NCBI GenBank assembly: GCA_040772485.1
Contig: JAXGYC010000008.1
Coordinates: forward strand, 384,001 to 448,000
Source: Sedimentisphaerales bacterium
Lineage (GTDB): Bacteria > Planctomycetota > Phycisphaerae > Sedimentisphaerales > Anaerobacaceae
Reading direction: 5' to 3'
Length of the DNA stretch: 64,000 bases
Each line of letters opens with the position of its first letter. Position 1 is the first letter of the stretch. Shown piece after piece: positions 47,675-56,288 of this stretch. The notes beneath the pieces are model-generated. The model was not told the DNA's origin. It was given only the letters and a program-made list of their open reading frames with translations, and searched no databases. Made by a program: the position numbers and the translations under genes.

Positions 47675-48898
47675 ATGAATGTCCGACTGAGGATATTGAA
47701 GTGCATCGCGGACCCGCGTTTCGGCGGGCCGCACCGTCTGAGCTTCGCGATCGCGGAGCGCCTGCATGCCGAGGGCATTGAGACAGTCTTCCTCTTCGGG
47801 CCCGAGACAAACGAATCCGGTCCAGCGTGTCCCTTCGAGCACTTCCATCTGAGGCACTTGCTGTTCCTCCGCCGCCGGCACCCGATCCTCAACCTGCTCG
47901 CCTTCCTGCTCTGGCTTCCGTGGAACATCCTCCGTATCCGCAAACTCATCCGGTCCAGGCGGATCGATGTCGTCGACGTGGACGGCGTGCTGAACGTGCC
48001 GCCCGCCCTGACCGCCTGGCTGTGTCGGGTTCCGGTTCTGTGGTGTTACAACGACCATCTGCCCGGGGCGGTCAAGCTCGTGCTCCTGCCCCTGGTGGCC
48101 CGGCTCGCGACACGGATCGTCGTCCAGGGCGAGTGCCTTCGCCAGGCCCGCACAGCTTCGCACCCGCTGTTGCAGCAGAAGGCCGCGGTGCTCCACACCG
48201 GCGTCGATACGACGGCGTTCGACCCCGCTCGCTATGGCGCCCAGGCCCGGCGCCGCGTGCGAGAGCAGTGGCGCATCCCGCCGGCCGGCCCGCTCATCGG
48301 CATCGTCGGCAACCTGAATCCCTTCAAAGGACATGAGGACTTCCTCAGAGCGGCGGTACGAATCAAGAAGCACGTCCCTGATGCCCGGTTCATCGTGGTG
48401 GGACGAAGACTGACGACCACCCCCGGCTATTGGGAGCGATTGCAGCAATTGACCGCCGCGCTGGGCCTCGAACGCGACGTGATCTACACGGGATTTTGTG
48501 ACGACATTCCATCGATGCTGGCGGCGCTCGACGTCTTCGTCCTGGCGTCGATTCGCGAGTCCTGCCCGAACGCGGTGCTCGAAGCGATGGCCATGAAGCT
48601 GCCCGTAGTGGCCACCGACGTCGGCGCCGTCTCGGAACTGGTCGCCGACGGCCGGACCGGCACCATCGTGCCGCCGCACGGCCCCGAAGCGATCGCAGCA
48701 GCGGTGCTCGAGCACCTGGCGAGAACACCCGACCAGATCGAAGCCATAACCAGCGCTGCCCGCCGACGCGTCCAGACGGAATTCTCCCTGGACCGAATCG
48801 CGCAGCGGCAACAGGAGCTCTATGCCATGCTCAACCGGCCCAGGGCACACGGGCGGAACGACGACGGGTCGGACGCCGAGCACGCCGGAAAGGAATGA
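47675..48898 (+). CDS. GT4 glycosyltransferase
   Basis: FGG, VGNLNPFKG, ESCPNAVLEAMA..LPVVATDVG. Confidence 0.92.
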   Translation: MNVRLRILKCIADPRFGGPHRLSFAIAERLHAEGIETVFLFGPETNESGPACPFEHFHLRHLLFLRRRHPILNLLAFLLWLPWNILRIRKLIRSRRIDVVDVDGVLNVPPALTAWLCRVPVLWCYNDHLPGAVKLVLLPLVARLATRIVVQGECLRQARTASHPLLQQKAAVLHTGVDTTAFDPARYGAQARRRVREQWRIPPAGPLIGIVGNLNPFKGHEDFLRAAVRIKKHVPDARFIVVGRRLTTTPGYWERLQQLTAALGLERDVIYTGFCDDIPSMLAALDVFVLASIRESCPNAVLEAMAMKLPVVATDVGAVSELVADGRTGTIVPPHGPEAIAAAVLEHLARTPDQIEAITSAARRRVQTEFSLDRIAQRQQELYAMLNRPRAHGRNDDGSDAEHAGKE

Positions 48899-49091
48899 GG
48901 CCACTATTTACGGGCCCCTTTACCGGCGGTATACTGTTGTGCTCGATTCCGCGTCGGTCGGCTTGTGTGCACGAGCCCGGCCCATGCCAAACGGTATCTG
49001 AGGAGGATCTCTTGCAGAGCTTCCTCATCACGATGCCAGCCGACGTGGATCGGAGGCACGATGTCGGCATATTCATCCGTCGGAGGCATGA

Positions 49092-50096
49092 ATGAGGATC
49101 TTTATCAGCGGCGTCGCTGGGTTTCTCGGCAGTCATCTGGCCGATGCCTTTCTGGCCGATGGCCACGAGGTCGTCGGATGCGACAATCTCACGGGCGGCT
49201 ACCTCGACAACGTGCCGACCGGCGTCGAATTCCACCAGTACGACTGCACGTACCACAACTCGATGGTCAAGATCACCGGGGGCTGCGACGTCGTCTACCA
49301 CTGCGCTGCCAGCGCCTACGAGGGATTGAGCGTCTTCAGTCCTTTCTTCATCACCAAGAACATCGTTCAGGCCTCCGTCTCGATGATCAGCGCCGCCATC
49401 GCCAACCACGTGCGCCGGTTCATCTTCTGTTCGAGCATGGCGCGCTATGGAACCCAGGACACCGTGCCGTTCACCGAGGACATGACTCCTCGGCCCCAGG
49501 ATCCGTACGGCATCGGCAAGCTCAGCTCCGAGGCCCTGCTGGAGAACCTCGCGGGCGTACACGGGATGGAATACGTCATCGCGGTCCCGCACAACATCAT
49601 CGGTCCGCGACAGAAGTACGACGATCCGTATCGCAACGTCGCCAGCATCATGGTCAACCTGATGCTTCAGGGCCGCCAGCCGATCATCTACGGGGACGGC
49701 AACCAGAAACGATGCTTCAGCTTCATCCAGGACGACGTGAAGATTCTCAAGCGGCTGGCCACCGAGCCGTCCGTCAACGGCGAGGTCATCAACATCGGGC
49801 CGGACGACGAATTCGTCACGATCAACGAGCTGGCGCAGACGATCGGGGAACTGCTGGACTTCGACGTGCGCCCGGTGTACGTCAGACACAGGCCGCAGGA
49901 AGTGGTGCTGGCCAACTGTTCGGCCGACAAGGCCAGGAGGCTTCTGAACTACGAGACCCAGGTCAAGCTCCGAGACGGCCTGGCGGCCGTCATTGAGTAT
50001 ATTCGCCAGCGCGGCCCCAGACCCTTCAAGTATCACATCGACCTGGAGATCATCAACGACAAGACGCCTGACACCTGGAAGGACAAGCTCTTCTGA
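49092..50096 (+). CDS. NAD-dependent epimerase/dehydratase
   Basis: ISGVAGFLGSHL, CSSMARYG, PYGIGK, HNIIGPRQ, IYGDGNQKRCF. Confidence 0.93.
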   Translation: MRIFISGVAGFLGSHLADAFLADGHEVVGCDNLTGGYLDNVPTGVEFHQYDCTYHNSMVKITGGCDVVYHCAASAYEGLSVFSPFFITKNIVQASVSMISAAIANHVRRFIFCSSMARYGTQDTVPFTEDMTPRPQDPYGIGKLSSEALLENLAGVHGMEYVIAVPHNIIGPRQKYDDPYRNVASIMVNLMLQGRQPIIYGDGNQKRCFSFIQDDVKILKRLATEPSVNGEVINIGPDDEFVTINELAQTIGELLDFDVRPVYVRHRPQEVVLANCSADKARRLLNYETQVKLRDGLAAVIEYIRQRGPRPFKYHIDLEIINDKTPDTWKDKLF

Positions 50097-50189
50097 GATA
50101 AGATGTATCGCCAGGGACGCCGGGAGGTGTTTCTTGCGATATCCTCGCGACCGTATGATGAACCAGGGATTCTCTGACGCCGGGAACCT

Positions 50190-51083
50190 ATGCCGCAAGG
50201 CCGATCTTCCATTTCCATCGTGATCGTCAGCTTCAACGTCGAGGCGCTCCTGAAGGAGTGCATCGAGTCGGTCTATCGCGAGACCACAGAGGCGGCCTTC
50301 GATATCTGGGTGGTGGACAACCACTCCCGCGACGGCAGCGTCTCGATGGTCAAACAGAACTTCCCGGACGTCCACCTGATCGAGAACGGTCAAAACGTCG
50401 GCTTCCCCAGAGCCAACAACCAGGCCATCGTCCAGTGCACATCGGACTATATTCTGCTGCTCAACCCCGATACGGTCGTCCGGGACGGCGCGATCGACAA
50501 GATGGTCCGGTTCATGGACGAACACCCCGACGTCGGCGTCTCCGGCTGTCGCGTCCTGAACGAGGACGGCTCGCTCCAATTGGCCTGCCGGCGAAGCATC
50601 CCGACGCCCAAAGTCGCTTTTTATCGCCTCACCGGCCTGAGCCGTCTGTTCCCCCACAGCAAGACGATGGCCCGGTACAATCTGACCTACCTCGACCCGA
50701 ATGAGCCTAACGAGGTCGATGCCGTCTCCGGGGCGTTCCTCGTGATTCGCAAGAGCGTCGTGGACGCCATCGGCGTGCTCGACGAGAATTTCTTCATCTA
50801 CGGCGAAGACATGGACTGGTGCGTTCGCGCCAAGAAGGCCGGGTGGAAGGTGATGTACTACCCGCACGCGCAGATTATCCACTACAAGGGCGTGGGCTGC
50901 CGGACCAACAACCGCAAGACGACGTACGAGTTCTATCGGGCGATGGTCCTGTTCCACAAAAAGCACTTCGCCCGCGAGTGCTCCCCTCTGACGAACCTGC
51001 TCATCTACATCGGGATCTTCCTGACGGCGATGCTCGCCTGGCGTCGCTGGCTCTTCAACACCAAACCAGGCCCCGGCAAGTGA
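50190..51083 (+). CDS. GT2 glycosyltransferase (WbbL-like)
   Basis: IVIVSFN, VDNHSRDGS, N.GFPRANN, LLNPD, VSGAFL, FFIYGEDMDWC. Confidence 0.92.
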   Translation: MPQGRSSISIVIVSFNVEALLKECIESVYRETTEAAFDIWVVDNHSRDGSVSMVKQNFPDVHLIENGQNVGFPRANNQAIVQCTSDYILLLNPDTVVRDGAIDKMVRFMDEHPDVGVSGCRVLNEDGSLQLACRRSIPTPKVAFYRLTGLSRLFPHSKTMARYNLTYLDPNEPNEVDAVSGAFLVIRKSVVDAIGVLDENFFIYGEDMDWCVRAKKAGWKVMYYPHAQIIHYKGVGCRTNNRKTTYEFYRAMVLFHKKHFARECSPLTNLLIYIGIFLTAMLAWRRWLFNTKPGPGK

Positions 51084-51102
51084 CGAGCCGACAAACGCAT
51101 CA

Positions 51103-53346
51103 TCACGGGCGTCTGAGGATCGTCAGCCGGCTCTTGCCGGCGGAATCGAGCGGTGTGGAGAATGTTGGGACCCAATCCAACGGCGCGCCGTCAGGCCCGG
51201 CGGGGCGAGATACCGTCACGATGTAGTCCACCTCTCGCAGATCGACGGACTGTTCGTAGGGCACCTGCGTCCGCTCGGCATAGAATCCGATCCGCCGGTC
51301 GGCCGCCGCGATCACCTCGTCGGCCGTGGTGTTGTGCCGGAGCCAGCGGGCCGCCGCAAGGAAGGCCCGGTCCTTGTCGTCTCCGGGCAACAGGAGCTTC
51401 GCAGTGCAGATTCCCACGCCGATCGCGAGCAGCAGGCAGAACCAGCGCCGTTGCAGTACCCCCTCTCCCAACGCCTGCCCGCCGCGTCCCGAGGCGAATC
51501 TGGCAAGCCATTGGGCGATCACGTCCAGGCCCACCGGGACATAGGCGATGGTCAGGGCGACCAGTCCCAGGCTGTAGCGGCTGCTCACGACCGGCTGAAT
51601 CCACAAGTATCGGCCGAGCATCAGCAGGATGTTCACAGAGACGATGGCGATCATCAACGCCCGCTCATACGCTCCGGCCTCGCGGCGCAGGCGGTACCAC
51701 AGGCCCACGCACCAAGGCACCAGGAAGTACTGCATCAGATTGTCGCTGATACTGCGAAAGATCGAGTTCGCCACGCGCACAAACGCCGCCAGGCGGCCGG
51801 GACCGTCTGCCGCCAGCACACCCGCGTGCATCGGCCGGGTATCGCCCACCTCGATCTGAACCAATTGGCCGCTTTGCAGACTTCCGTCGTCCACAATGAG
51901 GTTCAGTTGGTGGATGCTCCGCTGGTCCGGTCGCGGACGCCACCGAACGAGATTGCCGTCCAAAGCCAGCCCGGCCGGAGGCGCCGAGCCCGCATGGGCG
52001 TACCATGCGAAGGCGTCGCGCACCAGGTCCCCGTCGCCTTCGATGGCCCACGTGCGTTGTCCCGCTCGATCGCGGAACCGATAGACGGCGATGGCGTCGG
52101 CCGGCCGGCGGTCCTCGCCGAAGGCGTAGAACGCCACACCCTCGCTCTGCCATTGGTTCTGTGGTTCGCCCTGGACTACCACCTTTCGCTCCGATTCGGA
52201 GAGCGTGTAGAAATGCCTGTTGAGCACCGGCGACCAGAACCCATAGACCGGCAAGAGCCCCTCTGTCGCGTTCGCCTCGGCGTAGACGTAACCGGCGATG
52301 CCATCGTACTCCCACACGCCCGGGCGGTAGCGAGTCAAGAGCAGGCTCTTCTGGCGGTCAGAGATTGTCCAAAGACTGTCGCCCGTTCCGCTCAATCGGA
52401 GACGATACACAGGCCGCGTGCCGACCGGCACCGCGACAACGGAATACGTCATCGCGTCACCGTCGGGATCGAATGCTTCGATCGGCATTTCAAGAAGCGA
52501 TCCGGCGGCAACCTCGAATTGCAGCGGCTCGTAGTGTACGGTCCGGCCGCCGACAGACGCGATGACCGGCGCGCGGTTGAACTCAGGAGGGTCCAGCTTG
52601 CGAGCGGTTGGCAGTCCCGCCCAGGCCACATAAGGGGCGGCCGGAATCGCGAAACCCAGGAGCAGGAGAACGGCGGCCCCGACCAGGGCCCGCGCACGCA
52701 GCCGCGGCTCCGCCGGACACTGAGACCGCGGTGTCACCAGGACGACCGCCAGACCGATGAAGGCGTAGACAACCAGTTGGGCACATTCCGGGCGGAACAG
52801 ATAACCCAGTCCCGCGTCGAGACCGATCAGCCCGAACAGCCACCATTCCCGGCGGCGAAGGGCCAGAAACGTGAGCCAGACACCCAGGGCCAGGAAGAAC
52901 AGAAACGGCCATTCCCGCAGCACGTCGCTGCCGTTGTGGGCCGGATACGGCAAGACGATCAGGATCAGGACAGCCCAGAAGCTCCTTCGCGCCCCCACCA
53001 GCATCCGGCTGAGAAGATACAGCGGGATCAACGCCAACAGCCGCAGCAGAAGCGTCACCGCCAGCGATGGAATGACCCACGCCATGGGCGTATCACCGGC
53101 CCCGAACAGGACCCCGACCCAATGGGCCACATGCAGCAGAAACGGATAGCCCGCCGGATACATCTGTGCCGTGCGCAGGGGATCGTGCGAGAGGGTCCTC
53201 GCCATGTTGATGTAGAGGACGCCATCTCTGGAGATACACGGGCTGACAATCGCCAGGTAGATTCCCAGGACGAGCGCCAGGACGATGAGCAGAGCAAGGT
53301 CCCGGCCGTCATGTCCAAGCGGTCCCCGGTCCTCCATCCCCTGCAT
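51103..53346 (-). CDS. GT-C fold (ArnT/PMT-like) membrane glycosyltransferase with inserted Ig-like and DUF5648-like domains
   Basis: ISRDGVLY..MA, YPAGYP, LREWPFLFF, GLGYLFRPE, C-terminal RY and AARWLR; soluble insert with DPDGD and PVYR repeats. Confidence 0.8.
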   Translation of the reverse strand: MQGMEDRGPLGHDGRDLALLIVLALVLGIYLAIVSPCISRDGVLYINMARTLSHDPLRTAQMYPAGYPFLLHVAHWVGVLFGAGDTPMAWVIPSLAVTLLLRLLALIPLYLLSRMLVGARRSFWAVLILIVLPYPAHNGSDVLREWPFLFFLALGVWLTFLALRRREWWLFGLIGLDAGLGYLFRPECAQLVVYAFIGLAVVLVTPRSQCPAEPRLRARALVGAAVLLLLGFAIPAAPYVAWAGLPTARKLDPPEFNRAPVIASVGGRTVHYEPLQFEVAAGSLLEMPIEAFDPDGDAMTYSVVAVPVGTRPVYRLRLSGTGDSLWTISDRQKSLLLTRYRPGVWEYDGIAGYVYAEANATEGLLPVYGFWSPVLNRHFYTLSESERKVVVQGEPQNQWQSEGVAFYAFGEDRRPADAIAVYRFRDRAGQRTWAIEGDGDLVRDAFAWYAHAGSAPPAGLALDGNLVRWRPRPDQRSIHQLNLIVDDGSLQSGQLVQIEVGDTRPMHAGVLAADGPGRLAAFVRVANSIFRSISDNLMQYFLVPWCVGLWYRLRREAGAYERALMIAIVSVNILLMLGRYLWIQPVVSSRYSLGLVALTIAYVPVGLDVIAQWLARFASGRGGQALGEGVLQRRWFCLLLAIGVGICTAKLLLPGDDKDRAFLAAARWLRHNTTADEVIAAADRRIGFYAERTQVPYEQSVDLREVDYIVTVSRPAGPDGAPLDWVPTFSTPLDSAGKSRLTILRRP

Positions 53347-53361
53347 AACCGCCCTTTCCGC

Positions 53362-54435
53362 TCAGCTCAAGCCATAAGGCTCGATAAGCCTCTCGTGAGG
53401 CTTGAAGCGAAACTGACATTCTTCGGCCGGCGTGCCCAGGACGGTGACCTTCGAAAGATCGCCCTGCCCCATCCCCGCCTCGGCCAGCGACGTCAGGTAC
53501 ATGATCTTGCCGGGGTCGAAGCCCATCAGTTTCGTGGTCAGCACATCGAGCGCCAACGGGTCGAGACTGGCCAGCGCCACCCGCGCGTCCACCGGCGTGC
53601 CGCCCACGGGACCGTTGCCCTCCATCGCCACAAATCCGTCGATCACCCCCAAGTCGGGATAGATCTCCTGGGCCAGGTGGAACATATTGAAGTGGAGCAG
53701 CGCCTTGGGCGAGAAGTTGTACTCCGCATGCGTGAGCCATTTGTCGTTGGTCTTGTAGTCGTTCAGCGGCGCCGCCAGCAGGACGTTCTTGAGCGACAGC
53801 GTCGTTACCGCCCGGTCGTGCGTCTTCATCCTGGCGGCCGAAATGACGTAGGTGTCGGGGTCAAGGAACGTCGAGATGATGCGGATCGGCGTGGGCTTGT
53901 GTCCTTTGCCGAAGACGTAGCGATACACCCACGGCTGCTCGTTCAGATCGATCAGCTTGACATTGTACTCCTTCTCCAGGGCCAGGTAGCCGTAGTTGAC
54001 GTAGCCTTCGTGCGTCCCGCCCCCGAAAGCGGTCGATTCGCCGATCGTGATCTGCCCTTTATGATGGGGCGCGAGAAAATCCAGAATCCCGCGCACCGCA
54101 TCGACGTGCGTCGCGCACAACTCACGACGCGTGCTGACGAAGTTGGGCTTGATCAGGATCTTCTTGTCGCCGATGGAGGCCAGAACCTCGTCCTCAATGT
54201 GCTTGAGGGCCTGATAGACGATGTCCCGCCGGTCGTTGCCCTTGACCAGGCCGACCCTGGCGGGCGGAGCCGATCGCGCAAACAACGTTCCGCCAAGCAC
54301 TTGCGCCTGGTCGATCTGAGATTGAGCCAGAACCACCCGGCCTTTGACGCCCCACGGCCCCAGGGCGGCCGCGACCGCTCCAGCTCCGAACCCGCTGAGA
54401 ATCTGACGACGATTGAAATGGTGCTGCCCCGTCAT
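53362..54435 (-). CDS. DUF362 domain protein with Tat signal
   Basis: NRRQIL; ILIKPNFV, ITIGES, MKTH...TLSLKN, IDGFVAMEGNGP, DPLALD. Confidence 0.9.
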   Translation of the reverse strand: MTGQHHFNRRQILSGFGAGAVAAALGPWGVKGRVVLAQSQIDQAQVLGGTLFARSAPPARVGLVKGNDRRDIVYQALKHIEDEVLASIGDKKILIKPNFVSTRRELCATHVDAVRGILDFLAPHHKGQITIGESTAFGGGTHEGYVNYGYLALEKEYNVKLIDLNEQPWVYRYVFGKGHKPTPIRIISTFLDPDTYVISAARMKTHDRAVTTLSLKNVLLAAPLNDYKTNDKWLTHAEYNFSPKALLHFNMFHLAQEIYPDLGVIDGFVAMEGNGPVGGTPVDARVALASLDPLALDVLTTKLMGFDPGKIMYLTSLAEAGMGQGDLSKVTVLGTPAEECQFRFKPHERLIEPYGLS

Positions 54436-54663
54436 GTGTTTCCCCTGAACCTGTGGTGATTTGATCGAGCCACGGCAGATATTCTACCGAACCGCCCCTG
54501 TTCCTACAACCTGTGCATTCTGCGAAAGTTACGGCTGCACGAGTGAGATGGTCCCGGTTTCAGCGGGGCCGATTGCAGGCAGGATAGATGACAAGCTGGG
54601 GCAAACCGGATGGGGTACAACACACAAATCGCTGTGTTCGCGATGGGCGTGAGCCAATCGGTG

Positions 54664-54742
54664 GTAAGGGGCAGGGGGCACCTCGGCTCGTCCGAAAGCC
54701 GTCGCTTCGGCCCACCTGTAAGTGCCCCCCTTTCCCCCCACA
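54664..54742 (-). ncRNA. Candidate structured RNA in the DUF362 leader
   Basis: Closing stem GTAAGGGGCAGGGGGCAC / GTGCCCCCCTTTCCCCCCAC enclosing short inner hairpins; extended -10 TGCTATGGT just upstream on the minus strand. Confidence 0.35.
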
Positions 54743-54932
54743 TAAACCATAGCAAACAAAGCCGCGACTGCCTCATGTTCCAGTGTCCCGCGTTCACAGA
54801 TTATTGGCCGCCGACGGTCCTCCAGGGGGGCGAAACGCGCGCAAGACCACCGCGGCGGGTTCCGATGGTGCATGCCTCTCGATGAGACCATACCCCATGA
54901 TCGACGTCAGATACCCGTCGCCAAGGCCGTTC

Positions 54933-56288
54933 TCAAATGGCGCGGAGCAGGTGGACGGCGGCTTTGGCGCCGCGAATGAAGCTGTCGAGGCTGAAATGCT
55001 CGTTGGGGCCGTGCGGGTGGTCGCTGTCGAGGCCGAAGCCCATGAGCACGACGGGGCATCGCAACTGCTCGCCGAAGGTGCTGACGACCGGGATGGACCC
55101 GCCGCAACGGATGAAGACCGTTTCGCGGCCGAAACCTTTGCGAAGGGCCTCCTGGGCGGCGCGGATCACCGGCGTGTTCACGTCGAACAATACCGGCGGG
55201 CTCATGGCGCAGCCCGGAATCTCCAGGCGGACCGTGTCCGGACAGACGGCACGGATGTGTTCGAAGACCAGATCGCGGATCCTGGCCGGGTCCTGATGCG
55301 GCACCAGCCGCACACTGACCTTGGCAGTGGCACTGGCCGGGATGATCGTCTTGGCGCCCTGGCCCTGATAGCCGCCGAAGATGCCGTTGACCTCGAACGT
55401 CGGACGAGCCCAGAGCCGCTCCAACGTGCTGTACCCGGCTTCACCGTGCAGGCGCGGGATACTCAGCTCGCGAGCCAAGGCCTGGTCGTCGGACCCAAGT
55501 TTGCGGAAGTTCTCGCGCTCCCAGTCTTCCAGCGGCGCGACGTCGTCGTAGAAATGCGGAACCAGGACCTTGCCCTCGGGCGACACGCAGGCCACCAGGA
55601 TCTGAGCCACGGCCATCGCGGGATTGGCGATGGCGCCGCCGTAGGCGCCGGAATGGACGTCGCTGCTGGGTCCTTTGACGGTGAACTCGAAGGTGAAGAT
55701 GCCTCGCAGGCCGTTCGTGATGGCCGGCGTGTTCGCGTCATACATCGTGCTGTCGGAAATGACCACGGCGTCGCAGGCCAACTCTTCCCGTGCCTGCCTG
55801 ACATAGCGAGGCAGTGCATCCCCGCCGGACTCCTCTTCGCCTTCGAGCAGAAACATCACCTCACAGGGAAGCTCCCCCTCGGCTGCCAGCAGGCTCTCGA
55901 CGGCTTTGACGTGGGCAAAGAGCTGGCCCTTGTCGTCGGTCGCGCCGCGACCGTACAGGATGCCGTCGCGGATAGTCGGCTCGAACGGCGGCGTCTTCCA
56001 CTCGTCCAGCGGGTCCTCGGGCTGCACGTCGTAGTGCCCGTAGATGAGCACGCGACGGGACTTCTTGCCCTTGGCGCTCGCGCGCACGATCGGCTGGCCT
56101 CCGATGTCGATGAGCTGCGCCTCGAGACCCAGCTTGCGAAAGTGATCCACCAGCCACTCGGCGCACGCGCGGGTGTCCTTATCCCGCGCCCGCTGCGCGC
56201 TGACGGAGGGAAACCGCATGAACTGCTTGAGTTCTTCGATGAAGCGAGACTGATTCGCGTCGATGTGCGCTTCGGCTCGATCTGTCAT
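54933..56288 (-). CDS. M20 family dipeptidase
   Basis: LIYGHYDVQP, YGRGATDDKG, EGEEESG, GLRG, HSGAYGG, GGSIP, HGPNEHF. Confidence 0.95.
   Translation of the reverse strand: MTDRAEAHIDANQSRFIEELKQFMRFPSVSAQRARDKDTRACAEWLVDHFRKLGLEAQLIDIGGQPIVRASAKGKKSRRVLIYGHYDVQPEDPLDEWKTPPFEPTIRDGILYGRGATDDKGQLFAHVKAVESLLAAEGELPCEVMFLLEGEEESGGDALPRYVRQAREELACDAVVISDSTMYDANTPAITNGLRGIFTFEFTVKGPSSDVHSGAYGGAIANPAMAVAQILVACVSPEGKVLVPHFYDDVAPLEDWERENFRKLGSDDQALARELSIPRLHGEAGYSTLERLWARPTFEVNGIFGGYQGQGAKTIIPASATAKVSVRLVPHQDPARIRDLVFEHIRAVCPDTVRLEIPGCAMSPPVLFDVNTPVIRAAQEALRKGFGRETVFIRCGGSIPVVSTFGEQLRCPVVLMGFGLDSDHPHGPNEHFSLDSFIRGAKAAVHLLRAI

Noticed and set aside
51334..54459. 1041-aa plus-strand ORF
   Set aside because: Antisense shadow of the GT-C and DUF362 genes
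54596..54660. c-di-GMP-I riboswitch suggested by GGGCAAACC
   Set aside because: Lacks the GAAA tetraloop stem and the downstream GACGCAAAGC segment, and faces no plus-strand gene
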